Part shown: piece after piece, positions 52,060-62,364 of the stretch
Layout of the letters: every line of letters starts with the position of its first letter
Numbering within the stretch: position 1 is the first letter of the stretch
Source: a bacterium
GTDB lineage: Bacteria; UBA8248
Assembly (NCBI GenBank): GCA_965200245.1
Contig: CBDATS010000005.1
Coordinates: 352,001 to 416,000 of the forward strand
Reading direction: 5' to 3'
DNA length: 64,000 nucleotides
Notes under the pieces: generated by a model
What the model was told of the DNA's origin: nothing
The model's database searches: none
Seen by the model: the letters and a program-made list of their open reading frames with translations, nothing else
Made by a program: the position numbers and the translations under genes

Positions 52060-52887
52060 ATGTATACGAAAAAACTGGAAGCTGCGGTAACGCACTCCAT
52101 CTGCACCCAACTCACCAACCTGGGCTGGGTAGTCGATGAATCTTCGCCTGACAACAATGTCACTCAACAAAGAGCCAAGACCGAATACCAAAAAGAACTA
52201 TTAAAGAAAGCAGGGACACCGAAGTTTCCGGATTTTGTCCTTTATGAAAAGGGGACGACCAAACCGATTGGCATAATTGAGGCCAAAAGGCCGGGCGAAT
52301 CTCTTGAGAAGGCTTCACACCAGGCAACCCGGAGGTATGCAAAACCCCTGAATGCGCCGCTTGTTTTCGCATACAACGACACATTCGTTGACGCCAGGCA
52401 TTTGTTTCAGGCTCGCCGACTAAAGATTGACGGAGAAGATGTAAGGCAATTCGTTGATCATTACACATCCCTTCGTTTTATCAATGAAGGGCCAGAGATA
52501 TTATCCGCACCGCAGCACGTTCAGATTTCACGAGACGAACTCATCAGGATATTCAGGCGACAGGCGAATTTCCTGCGAGAGGCAGGTATCACGGCAGGGC
52601 TGGAGCGTTTCGGGGTATTTTCAGACGTATTGTTTCTCAAGCTCATGGATGAGTTATGCCAGTTGCGCGAGCATTCCGGTTCTTCCCCTCCGCTTCCACC
52701 GCACCTGCGCTGGTCAGATTTTCAGGATCGCAACCCTGATGACAGGCTCGAATACGTTCGAAATGTTATATGGCCTGCAATGAATCAGGAATACGGAGCC
52801 ATTTTCAGTCATGATTTTCCGATTACAAAACCCGATATATTGGGGCCAGTCCTGAACGGGGCAGGATGGAGATTTCTCCTCCCTTGA
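52060..52887 (+). pseudogene. Truncated restriction endonuclease-methyltransferase fusion (HsdR_N plus HsdM_N; type IIB/IIG-like)
   Basis: PDFVLY..IIEAKRP nuclease motif, then ANFLREAG..ERF..FSDVLFLKL; stops before any SAM-binding or NPPF motif. Confidence 0.7.
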
Positions 52888-53193
52888 GAGGGGATGGCAG
52901 AAGCCGAGTGGTTTGTGCGAGTGCAGATACGCGGGGGGAATTCCAACGAAAAGGAGAAACTCCTCCGAGTGAGGAGTCAGGCATTTCGAGCCGATATATT
53001 CCGGATCCGCAGCAATCGTTCCTCTATCAGTCGCGATTGACCCGCTGTCGGCGTGGTTACGGGCTTCGCCCTTGTCTTGCCGCCGGTCTTCCCAAGGAGA
53101 CAAGGCCGGGAGCAATTTGCGATCCGTAAGGGATTTAAAGGGCAGTTGCCAACCACCCGCCGTTATCCGAGAGAAAAAACCGATACTCCCGTG

Positions 53194-56100
53194 TTATTCA
53201 CACCCTCTTCCCGAGGGTTCGTTTCTGATCCGGCTCCTCACCTCACCAAGCGGGCCGCTGTCGACCGCCAGACCGTCGCGGTAGAGGATGACGTCGCGTG
53301 ACCTGGGCGAAATTCTTGCTCCCGGTACGATGATACCCATCAAATTCATCGGGTCGCTCGCATGAACGATGGTGGGCTTGCCTCGCGCCGGAACCTTGCG
53401 AACGGCGCGCAGGGCCTCGACCGCCTCAGGCAGGGCGAACTGCTCTCCCATGAAACCCGAAACGAAGCGTCCGCCGCGAATCTCGCCTTTGGCTTCCAAG
53501 CGTCTGAAGACCTGAACCAGTTCGCGCCAGCGCAGGGCGGTGGCCTCGCGCAAGGTCAACTCGCGCAGCACAACACCGTAGCGCTTGAGCAACTGCCGCG
53601 CATGCACCTCTCGCCTGACCTCAAGGTCGATCGGAGCGTCCGCGTTTCCCAAAATCGACCAGCGGCCCGCGGGAATGAAGCGTTTTTTCGCCTCGCGCGA
53701 TATGGCCCGCCCTCCCGGCAGAGCGCGCAATCTGCGTTCCCCCTTTTTCTTCTCGTTCGTACTCACGATGAGTGCCCGCAGGCCCGCAACGCCGTCGCCC
53801 GTCACGAGGCCGCGCGCAACGAGTTCCCAAAGTGCCGCTTCTGCCTCGGTCCTGAGCATGCCTGTCGCCGCTGTGATGTCGGCGAGAAAGTAAGCTCCCC
53901 TGTCTTTCAGAAAATCGAGTATTTCACACGCTGCGCGGGAGAGACTCCCTCTCCAGGCATCCTCGGCCTCCCTGGGCTTCAGGAACAGCCCCATGTCTTC
54001 CCGCATCAGGAAAGCCAGCAGCGCGCGACGTGTGGGCTGCGCGCCCCGGGACGTTCTGACGCGTTTCCCGTTCACCGGAGTTTCAATCGACTCCGGGGGA
54101 GTTCCGGGGCACAGGCGTCCCCAGGCTACCAGACCAGAGAGACAAAGCGCTTCCAGGTCGGCGGGATCGTAATTCTTGATGCGTGCAGGCAAAACCTGCT
54201 CCTCCCAGGCGGGGGCGGAAAGTTCCAGCCCCTGAAGCTGGTGAATCACCTGAAGCACGCCGTCGCGTCCGTGAAGCATGGCGTCTTCGTGCACGTGCTG
54301 CCATCTCAGCAGAAAACGCATGAAATCCGCTGCCGTCACGGGCTCGATCTCGCGCCTCAGCTTACCCAGCGTCATGCGGTGGATGCGGGACAGCAACACG
54401 CGGTCGCACCACTCGATTTCCGCCTTGGAATCGAGACGCGCGAAACGACCCCGAAGAACCGATCCCTCTCCCTCCAAAGCAGCGAGAGCGATTTCGACGT
54501 CCGATTGTGCAAGGCCAATGCGCGAGGCGAGATCATTCGCCGTTACGGAACCCGACACTTCCATCCAGCCTCTGACGATGGCTAGGACCGCTTCATCCTG
54601 CGCAGGCGACCGCGCTGTATCCCCCTGAATGGGAATCGTCTCGGGATGAAGCGTGATGTACGGAATCGCCGCGCGGGCGAATGTCATTTTCTCCGCCGGC
54701 ACCCAGCCTTCCCGCTCGACGCTGCCCACTTGCCACACTGCCTTCGCCACGCGGTTTGCGGCAAACAGTTCATCGACCCAGGCGGACCACTCGACCGCCT
54801 CCTCCAAAGGCAATACGCACAGCGAGAGCAGCGCAGCGTGCAGTTCATCCGCGTTTTGCGGCGCAAGACGAACCTGATCGCACACTTCCCCGATCACGTC
54901 CGTATCGAGCCGGGCACTCTCGACGTCATCGGGCAGGGTACGCCTTAGCGGCACGGCGCGCGACCGGCGTTCTTCCAGCGGGGCATCGTCGATAAAGGCG
55001 TAGGGGTTCGCATTGAGAATCTCGTGCGACATGGGCGAAGGCACGGGGGTCTCGACACCAATGGTCTTGATTTTCCCGCTCTCCACATCGGCAATGAGCG
55101 TCCTCAGGCTCTCGATGTCCATCGCCTCGTTCAGGCAGTTCTCTACCGTCTCGTTCACGAGCGGATGGTCCGGGGGTTCGATGGGGCCGTGGTGGTTGTC
55201 CTGGCAGGCGAGTTGGGCCGGGAACACAGCGGCGAGCAAATCCTCGGCTCTCATACGCTGAATCGCGATGGGCACCTTCTTGCCCCCGCTGTGCCTGGGG
55301 AGCGCAAGTGCGCGCGTGGCGTTCCAGCGCCAGCGGTTGGTGAACATGGGCGATTGAAGGGCGGACTGGAGCATGTCCTTTCTGAGCGATGCAAGGCGCG
55401 CGAAGCCGAAGATCGATTCGAGCGGAAAGCTGTGCTGTGAGGAAAGCGAGAGCACGATGCCGTCGTCCGTCGCGGCGGCCTGGAGTTCGAAATCGAATGT
55501 GAGGCAAAAGCGTTTTCTCAGTGTGTGGCCCCACGCGCGGTTGATGCGGCCCCCGAAGGGCGAGTGAATCACAAGCTGCATACCGCCTGCCTCGTCGAAG
55601 AACCGCTCCGCCACGATTTCCTCTTGCGTGGGTACGCGTCCCAGCACCCGAACGGTCTCGCGCACGTAGTCGACAAGCTGCGATGCGCCGGCGGGGCAGA
55701 GCCCGCATTCGGCGCGCATCCAGCGAATCGCTTCACCCGGCGCGTCAAGTCGTTCCGCCAGTTCGACCCTGAGCGCAGAGACGGCTTCTGACAGTTCCGC
55801 CGTGCGCGATGGCGCCTCGCCCAGCCAGAAGGGGATGTTCGGTGGAAGACCCTTGGCGTCTTCCACGCGTACCTTGTCGCGTTCCACACGCTTGACGCGC
55901 CAGGAGTGGTTTCCCAACAAGAAGATGTCGCCCGCATTCGACTCAATGGCGAAATCCTCGTTGACCTTGCCGACGAAAGTCTCCGCAGCGCCTTCCACGA
56001 CGTCGTAATCCGCCGTGTCCGGTATCGCGCCGCCAGAAGTGATGGCGCAAAGCCGTGCTCCGCGCCGTGGTCTCAACAGAGCGTTCACACGGTCTCTGTG

Positions 56101-57522
56101 CAGATAGGCGGTGCGCATGCCCCGGCTGGTCGAAATACCCTCCGAGAGCATCTCGAGCACATCCTCGAAAACGCCTCTTTCGAGTACCCCGTAAGGCTGT
56201 GTGCGCCTGACGAGCGACCAGAGCGCTTCCTCTTCCATCTCTTCCTGCGCAGCGACTTCGGCCACCATCTGCTGGGCGAGAATATCGAGCGGCGCTTCGG
56301 GGAAAACAACCCGGTCGAGCGTGCCTCCTCTCACCGAGCGTATCGCGGCTGCACTCTGGAGCAGTTCATCCCTCGTCAGGGGAAAGACGATTCCTTTGGG
56401 CACCGCGCCCTTCCAGTGACCCGAACGCCCCACGCGCTGCAAGAGTGAGGCGATCGTTCTCGGCGCACCCAAATGGCAGACCAGATCGACATGACCGATG
56501 TCGATACCAAGTTCTAGGGATGCCGTGGCGATGATGGCCGAAAGCGCACCCGATTTGAGCCTTTCTTCGGCGTCGAGCCTGGTTTTGCGCGACAAGGATC
56601 CGTGGTGCGCCGCCACGCGGTCCTCGCCCAGCTTTCTTGTGAGGCGGTGGGCGACGCGCTCTGCCAGCCGCCGCGTGTGGACAAACACGATTGTCGTGCG
56701 GTGACTTTCGATGTGGCCTGCGATTCGGTCGAACACCTCGTCCCAGTACTCGCGCGAGGCGATGGGACCGATTTCCTGATCGGCCACCTCGACAGAGAGC
56801 GACATCTCGCGTTTGTGGCCTACATCCACCACCGCACAATCGGGCATGTCGTCTTCCCCGCACCTCTCTGCGCCGATGAGCAGGCGGGCGATCTCTTCAA
56901 TCGGCTTCTGCGTAGCACTGAGCCCGATGCGCTGGAGCCGCTCCCCGCAAAGCGCGTCGAGCCGCTCCAGAGAAATCGACAGATGCGCGCCGCGCTTGTC
57001 GCCCGCGACCGCGTGAATTTCATCCACCATGACGGCGCGCGCAGTTTCCAAAACCTTGCGGCTGCGCGCTGCAGTCAAGAGGATGTAGAGCGACTCGGGC
57101 GTAGTGATAAGGATATGGGGACGCATTTTGAGCATGAGTCTGCGTTCGCGAGCCGGCGTGTCGCCAGATCGCACCGCCACACGGATTTCGGGAAGTTCCA
57201 CACCTGCTCGTTTCGCCAGTGCGCGGATTTCGCTCAATGGCTCCTGCAAGTTCTTCTGGATGTCGTTGCCGAGTGCTTTCAAGGGAGAGATATAGACGAG
57301 GCGGCAAGCGTCCTCGAGTTCGCCCGCAATTGCGTCGCGAATCAGCCCGTCGAGTGACCACAAGAAAGCGGCCAGCGTCTTGCCCGTGCCCGTAGGGGCG
57401 GCGATAAGCGTATCACGCCCGGTGGCGATCTCGGGCCAGCCCGCATCCTGGGGAGCGCTCGGCTCCGAGAATTTCTCCTTGAACCAGTGCACAATCAAGG
57501 GATGAAAAGAGTGTCCGTCCAT
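53194..57522 (-). CDS. lhr: Lhr-family DEAD/DEAH helicase (long form)
   Basis: APTGTGKT, YISPLKAL, TTPESL, VDEIH..KRG, GLSAT, HHGSLS, SLELGIDIG, QRVGRSGH, C-terminal RGGRFVSG..GEQFA. Confidence 0.95.
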   Translation of the reverse strand: MDGHSFHPLIVHWFKEKFSEPSAPQDAGWPEIATGRDTLIAAPTGTGKTLAAFLWSLDGLIRDAIAGELEDACRLVYISPLKALGNDIQKNLQEPLSEIRALAKRAGVELPEIRVAVRSGDTPARERRLMLKMRPHILITTPESLYILLTAARSRKVLETARAVMVDEIHAVAGDKRGAHLSISLERLDALCGERLQRIGLSATQKPIEEIARLLIGAERCGEDDMPDCAVVDVGHKREMSLSVEVADQEIGPIASREYWDEVFDRIAGHIESHRTTIVFVHTRRLAERVAHRLTRKLGEDRVAAHHGSLSRKTRLDAEERLKSGALSAIIATASLELGIDIGHVDLVCHLGAPRTIASLLQRVGRSGHWKGAVPKGIVFPLTRDELLQSAAAIRSVRGGTLDRVVFPEAPLDILAQQMVAEVAAQEEMEEEALWSLVRRTQPYGVLERGVFEDVLEMLSEGISTSRGMRTAYLHRDRVNALLRPRRGARLCAITSGGAIPDTADYDVVEGAAETFVGKVNEDFAIESNAGDIFLLGNHSWRVKRVERDKVRVEDAKGLPPNIPFWLGEAPSRTAELSEAVSALRVELAERLDAPGEAIRWMRAECGLCPAGASQLVDYVRETVRVLGRVPTQEEIVAERFFDEAGGMQLVIHSPFGGRINRAWGHTLRKRFCLTFDFELQAAATDDGIVLSLSSQHSFPLESIFGFARLASLRKDMLQSALQSPMFTNRWRWNATRALALPRHSGGKKVPIAIQRMRAEDLLAAVFPAQLACQDNHHGPIEPPDHPLVNETVENCLNEAMDIESLRTLIADVESGKIKTIGVETPVPSPMSHEILNANPYAFIDDAPLEERRSRAVPLRRTLPDDVESARLDTDVIGEVCDQVRLAPQNADELHAALLSLCVLPLEEAVEWSAWVDELFAANRVAKAVWQVGSVEREGWVPAEKMTFARAAIPYITLHPETIPIQGDTARSPAQDEAVLAIVRGWMEVSGSVTANDLASRIGLAQSDVEIALAALEGEGSVLRGRFARLDSKAEIEWCDRVLLSRIHRMTLGKLRREIEPVTAADFMRFLLRWQHVHEDAMLHGRDGVLQVIHQLQGLELSAPAWEEQVLPARIKNYDPADLEALCLSGLVAWGRLCPGTPPESIETPVNGKRVRTSRGAQPTRRALLAFLMREDMGLFLKPREAEDAWRGSLSRAACEILDFLKDRGAYFLADITAATGMLRTEAEAALWELVARGLVTGDGVAGLRALIVSTNEKKKGERRLRALPGGRAISREAKKRFIPAGRWSILGNADAPIDLEVRREVHARQLLKRYGVVLRELTLREATALRWRELVQVFRRLEAKGEIRGGRFVSGFMGEQFALPEAVEALRAVRKVPARGKPTIVHASDPMNLMGIIVPGARISPRSRDVILYRDGLAVDSGPLGEVRSRIRNEPSGRGCE

Positions 57523-57603
57523 AGCGGGGATATTCTACCCCAAACGCGGCGGGATGGAAGGTGGTCCGCCAGGATATGTTTTCATTCTGTCGGTAATGAT
57601 TCC

Positions 57604-57632
57604 GCAGGGGCGGATTGCGTATCCGCCCCTGC
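57604..57632. repeat. Intergenic palindrome (REP-like or terminator)
   Basis: GCAGGGGCGGAT-tgcgt-ATCCGCCCCTGC perfect inverted repeat. Confidence 0.5.
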
Positions 57633-57649
57633 AATGTCAAGACCAAACC

Positions 57650-58576
57650 CTACCCGGAGCGTGAATTCCGGAAAAAATCGCGCACTTGCACTTCGGCAAC
57701 CTCGAAAGATTCGCGTCCAAGCTGGAATATGGCTCTGAGCTTGCGCGGGTCGTGCTCCATGAAGTCCGTCTGATAGGCAGGGTCTGCGAACGAGTGGTTG
57801 ATGCGCAGGGTCTCCACGTCCGGGAAGAACAATTCACGCAGCGCATCGACGGTGTTCGAACTCGTTCTCGAGAGCGTCATGTAGGTTCTGAGCGGCCTGA
57901 TTCCTGCGATGACCCGTCGCGCCAGGCCCCTTGACTCCGGATAATTCCCCGTCCCGACACTCAATATCCGTATGTCCTCGCATGCTACGCCGAAGGATCC
58001 TGTGGCGTCTGCAATGGCGAAAAGAATAGGGTTGTTTGCCGCGAATGCACCGTCCAGAGCGGTGCGCTCCCCGTGATTGGCCAGGTCGATGTGCTGTAGT
58101 TTCAGGAACGGGTGTGCGGCGCAAGACGCCATGATAGCGTCCGATATCTTGAGCCCCTTGCCCGGCAGAAAACTGTCCGCGCCGTCCTGTACAAAGTCCC
58201 GCTTGAACACCATGGGACGATCTTGTTCCGCGTGAGTGCTGAGGATACCGACATCTACCTGGAAATCCTCAAAGGTTTTCTCGCCGTAAACCGCTTGCGC
58301 GTGCCGCTTGAGAGCGTTCGTTTTGCTGCGCGCGAGCAAGGGCCCCAGCACGTCGGGTGCGAGTTCGAAATAACGTGCCGCAATCGTCGGGTCGACCGGG
58401 TCACCAAGCGCTATCATCGAGGCAATGATGGAGCCCGTGCTGACGCCGTAGACGAGGTCGAACGCCTCGTACAATGGACGTCCCAGCGTGCGTTCCACTC
58501 CGGACAGCACGCCCAGGGTGTAGACCCCGAGCGTCCCCCCGCCATCGAGCGAGAGAATGAAGAAGGGCTTGTTCAT
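57650..58576 (-). CDS. Patatin-like phospholipase
   Basis: ILSLDGGG, GVSTG nucleophile motif, ASCAA.P, DGAFAANNP, ILSVGTG. Confidence 0.9.
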   Translation of the reverse strand: MNKPFFILSLDGGGTLGVYTLGVLSGVERTLGRPLYEAFDLVYGVSTGSIIASMIALGDPVDPTIAARYFELAPDVLGPLLARSKTNALKRHAQAVYGEKTFEDFQVDVGILSTHAEQDRPMVFKRDFVQDGADSFLPGKGLKISDAIMASCAAHPFLKLQHIDLANHGERTALDGAFAANNPILFAIADATGSFGVACEDIRILSVGTGNYPESRGLARRVIAGIRPLRTYMTLSRTSSNTVDALRELFFPDVETLRINHSFADPAYQTDFMEHDPRKLRAIFQLGRESFEVAEVQVRDFFRNSRSG

Positions 58577-58666
58577 CGCCAGTCTTTCCGTGGGGTGGAG
58601 TGCGGATTTCGTCCTGCGAATTCTTGTGGGCGATTCAAGGATGCGCCGATGATTCGTCCGTTCCGG

Positions 58667-60373
58667 TTAATCCATTCGCACATAATCGTGCGCACGGAAG
58701 GCCACGCCAAGTTCTTCGGTCGCCACCTTCTCGCACGCCTCGATGTCGATGAGACCGCTCATGTTGACGGCTGTCACTTCTACCTCTGGAATGTAGTTCT
58801 TCGACCAGCGCACGAATTCCTTGAGCAGTGGATAGGGGTTTTCCACGCCCTTGGTCTTGCAGACCTTGGCATAGGCTTCGGGGCTTTCCGCCTGCATGCT
58901 GATGGATATGGCGTCTACGAGGCCACTAAGTTCGGGCAGGATGTTCCTCTCGTGCGTCTCGTTCGCAAGCCCGTTCGTCACCAGGCGGATGCGCTTCGCG
59001 CCGCGACGCTTGAGTTCGCCCGCCACTTCCTTCACCACGTCGAGCCTGAGCGTGGGCTCGCCGAAACCGCTGAATACGACCTCCTCGAAGCGGGTCGGGT
59101 CGCCGACTGCGACGATCAACTCACCCGCGTCGGGCTCTTCTGTCAGGGAAAGATTGTTCCCCTTGTAAACGCAGTCACTCAGCAACCCGCAGAAAAAACA
59201 CGAATTCTGGCAATCATTCGTCACGTTGAGGTAGAGCGTATCGCCTATCGAGTAAGCGACGCTACCCTCCCTGGGCTCAGGTCCCACTCCAAAGAGACGT
59301 CGTACGTTCTCCGTGGTAAGACGCGTCACCTCCTCGGTAGACATCTCGTGGAGTTCGGCCAGAATTTCCGCCACGCGCGCGACGTAGGCCGGCTCGTTCC
59401 GCTTGCCCCGGTGGGGCGACGGGGCGAGATATGGGCTGTCCGTCTCGAGCAACACGCGCTCGATCGGGATGCCCCTGAAAACTTCTCTCAGTTCATCGGA
59501 ACGCGAGAAGGTGATGGCCCCGCCCGCCCCGAGATGAAAGTCGATGTCCAGGAACTTCCGGGCCTGCTCGCCGTCGCCCGTGAAGCAATGGACGACGCCG
59601 CCCACGCGCCACGCCTTTTCTTCATCCAGAATCTCATAGACATCGTCTGCCGCGTCGCGGCAGTGGACGATGATGGGCTTGCGCGTCTCAACGGCCAGCC
59701 GGATTTGCTCCCGAAACCACCTGCGTTGGACCTTGCGCGGCGCATTGTCGCGGTAGTAATCGAGACCAATCTCGCCAATCGCCACCGCCTTGGGATGTTC
59801 CGCGAGCCTGGCTATCTCCCTGATGGTTCGCTCGTTCACCCCCTTGACATCGCTCGGATGTACGCCGAGTGCCGCGTATACACCCGTGTAAGACGCTGCG
59901 AGGTCCAAGGTGCGACGACTCGATTCGAGACAGGTGCCCATTGAAATGACGTAGTGCACCCCCTCCTCGATAGCACGCTCCACCACCCCCGGGCGGTCCG
60001 GGTCGAACGCCTTGTCAATGAGATGGGCGTGGGTGTCCACCAGTACGGGCAGGCCGTTCGTGTCGGGGAGTTCGGCGATGATAATCTGGGGCTGTTTTTT
60101 CTTCTTCCGCTCGTTCCGCCAGCGATTCCTGCCCTTGCGCCGGTAATCGGGACCCGACGAGCTGCCGTTTTGAGGCCGCGCAGCCGAAACTTCCTCTCTA
60201 TGCGCTCTTGCGGCGGTTTCCGTTTTTCCCGACAGGTTCAGACGTACTGTGTGTTCTCCGCGCTTCCCGCCCCTTCGGCCTCGCCTTCTTCTGCGTCGAC
60301 TGGAGCTTCCTTTTCTCTTCGGGCCTGACTTGTCGCCAGGCGCATCCGGCCCTGATTCGAATGATTCATTCAC
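58667..60373 (-). CDS. tatD: TatD nuclease fused to TatD-associated radical SAM domain, with Arg-rich N-terminal extension
   Basis: VDTHAH, GVHP, IGEIGLDY, IVHCRDA, VVHCF, LETDSPY; YLNVTNDCQNSCFFC (CxxxCxxC), EEVVFSGFGEPT, TNG. Confidence 0.9.
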   Translation of the reverse strand: MNESFESGPDAPGDKSGPKRKGSSSRRRRRRGRRGGKRGEHTVRLNLSGKTETAARAHREEVSAARPQNGSSSGPDYRRKGRNRWRNERKKKKQPQIIIAELPDTNGLPVLVDTHAHLIDKAFDPDRPGVVERAIEEGVHYVISMGTCLESSRRTLDLAASYTGVYAALGVHPSDVKGVNERTIREIARLAEHPKAVAIGEIGLDYYRDNAPRKVQRRWFREQIRLAVETRKPIIVHCRDAADDVYEILDEEKAWRVGGVVHCFTGDGEQARKFLDIDFHLGAGGAITFSRSDELREVFRGIPIERVLLETDSPYLAPSPHRGKRNEPAYVARVAEILAELHEMSTEEVTRLTTENVRRLFGVGPEPREGSVAYSIGDTLYLNVTNDCQNSCFFCGLLSDCVYKGNNLSLTEEPDAGELIVAVGDPTRFEEVVFSGFGEPTLRLDVVKEVAGELKRRGAKRIRLVTNGLANETHERNILPELSGLVDAISISMQAESPEAYAKVCKTKGVENPYPLLKEFVRWSKNYIPEVEVTAVNMSGLIDIEACEKVATEELGVAFRAHDYVRMD

Positions 60374-60411
60374 TCCACAAACTCCAATCCTCCTGTGAGG
60401 GGCGTATCGTC

Positions 60412-62364
60412 CTATCGAATCGGCGCGCCCGGTGCCACCGTCTCCTCCACACACGCGAGCAAGACGTTCCCGCCATCTTCCGCGGCAAGGACCATGCCCT
60501 GGGATTCCACACCCATGAGTCTGGCGGGCTCCAGGTTGGCCACGAGGATCACCTTGCGATCCACCAAATCCCCGGGCGCGTAATATTTCGCCAGTCCCGC
60601 CACGACGGTCCGGGTTTCCTCGCCCAGGGAAACAGTGAGTTTGAGCAGGCTCTTCGACTTGGGGATACGCTCGGCTTCCAGGACCTGCGCGGCGCGCAAA
60701 TCCATTTTCTGGAATTCTTCGATGGATATTCGATCTTTCGCGTCTTCCTGGGCCGTGGCCTCCTCACCGCCTGCGATACGCCTGGCCACCTTTGCCTGGA
60801 TGGCCACTTTCGTCTCATCTTCGATACGCGGAAAAAGGGGCGAACCGAGGTTGGTGTCAAGCACCTCCGGCAGTCCGGTCATGTTCATCAACTCCGAATA
60901 GAGCGCACTCGTCCAGTCTTCTGCCAAGCCGATTTGCGCCGCTATCCTCCCCGCCGTGGAAGGCATGACGGGCGATATCATGGCCGCGACGACGCGAATC
61001 GCCGCCACAGCGTGCCACAGCACCGAACACAGACGGGCCTCTTCACCTTCTCTGGCAAGCGCCCAGGGAGCGTTCGAGTCGATGTATTTATTCGCGTAGG
61101 AAATTACCTCCCAGGCAGCGCGCAAGCCATGCTGGAAATGCGTCGCCGACATGCCGTTTTCATATCGCGCAGCTGCCTCGGTGACGAAATCGCAAAACGC
61201 GCTCTCCGCGCCGGTATCGCCTGAGGGTGCGCGCTCCAGCTTGCCCTCCCTGTAACGTTTCACCATATTGAGGGTGCGGTAGAGGAGGTTTCCCAGATCG
61301 TTCGCCAGATCACTGTTGATGCGATCGATCAGCGCGCTGTGGGAGAAATCCCCGTCCAGTCCGAAGGGGATCTCCTTGAGCAGGAAATAGCGGATGGCGT
61401 CGACCCCGTATTCCTCGATTAGCCAGTGCGGGTCGACCGCGTTACCCAGGCTCTTGGACATCTTCTGGCCCTCGACCGTCCACCACCCGTGGCTGAAGAC
61501 CTGCCCCGGAAGGGGAACTGCGGCGGAGAGCAGGAAAGCAGGCCAGTAAACCGCGTGGAACCTCAGGATGTCCTTACCGATGAAATGTTGATCCGTCGGC
61601 CAGGCGCTTCCCTCGCGAATACCGTCTTCATCGAAGCCCGGGGCGGTCAGATAGTTGCTCAGCGCGTCGAACCAAACGTAGATCACGTGTTTCTCATCCC
61701 CCGGCACGGGGATTCCCCACTGAAAGCTCGTGCGCGAGAGGGAAAGGTCCTTGAGTCCTCCTCGCACGAAGCTCATCACCTCGTTTCTGCGGCTCTCGGG
61801 CTGAACGAACTGTGGGTTTTTTTCATAGTGATCGAGGAGCGGCTTGGCGTATTTGCTCAGGCGAAAGAAATAGCTCGGCTCCTCCACCCACTCCACTTCC
61901 GCGCCCGTGGGAGCGAGTTTCTTGCCGCCGGGACCCTCGGAGAGTTCACTCTCGGTGTAGAAGGCCTCGTCCCGAACCGCGTACCAACCTGCGTAAACGC
62001 CCAGATAGATGTCGCCCGCCGCCTCCACGCGCCTCCAGAGTTCCTGCACGCCGCGAATATGGCGCTCTTCGGTCGTACGGATGTAGTCGTCGTAGGAGAT
62101 TTCGAGCTTCTCCCAGAGTTCGCGGAACTTCGCGCTGTTCATGTCACAAAACGCGAGAGGATCCATGCCGGCCTCACGGGCCGCTCGCTGGAGTTTCTGG
62201 CCGTGCTCGTCGGTTCCGGTAAGGAAATGCGCCGGCTCGCCGCGCAGCCTGTGGAAGCGTGCCTTGGCGTCGCAAGCCACCGTTGTGTAGGCGTGGCCCA
62301 AGTGCGGCTTGTCGTTTACGTAATATATCGGCGTGGAAACATAGAATGGCTTTTTGCTCATCAA
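60412..62364 (-). CDS. metG: Methionyl-tRNA synthetase with C-terminal tRNA-binding domain
   Basis: STPIYYVN..PHLGH, TGTDEHG, YVWFDAL, GKDILRFH, KMSKS, NLEPARLMGVESQGM. Confidence 0.98.
   Translation of the reverse strand: MMSKKPFYVSTPIYYVNDKPHLGHAYTTVACDAKARFHRLRGEPAHFLTGTDEHGQKLQRAAREAGMDPLAFCDMNSAKFRELWEKLEISYDDYIRTTEERHIRGVQELWRRVEAAGDIYLGVYAGWYAVRDEAFYTESELSEGPGGKKLAPTGAEVEWVEEPSYFFRLSKYAKPLLDHYEKNPQFVQPESRRNEVMSFVRGGLKDLSLSRTSFQWGIPVPGDEKHVIYVWFDALSNYLTAPGFDEDGIREGSAWPTDQHFIGKDILRFHAVYWPAFLLSAAVPLPGQVFSHGWWTVEGQKMSKSLGNAVDPHWLIEEYGVDAIRYFLLKEIPFGLDGDFSHSALIDRINSDLANDLGNLLYRTLNMVKRYREGKLERAPSGDTGAESAFCDFVTEAAARYENGMSATHFQHGLRAAWEVISYANKYIDSNAPWALAREGEEARLCSVLWHAVAAIRVVAAMISPVMPSTAGRIAAQIGLAEDWTSALYSELMNMTGLPEVLDTNLGSPLFPRIEDETKVAIQAKVARRIAGGEEATAQEDAKDRISIEEFQKMDLRAAQVLEAERIPKSKSLLKLTVSLGEETRTVVAGLAKYYAPGDLVDRKVILVANLEPARLMGVESQGMVLAAEDGGNVLLACVEETVAPGAPIR

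Noticed and set aside
57650-58576. Patatin as a CBASS CapV effector
   Set aside because: No cyclase (CD-NTase) nearby, and it lies in the housekeeping tatD-lhr context
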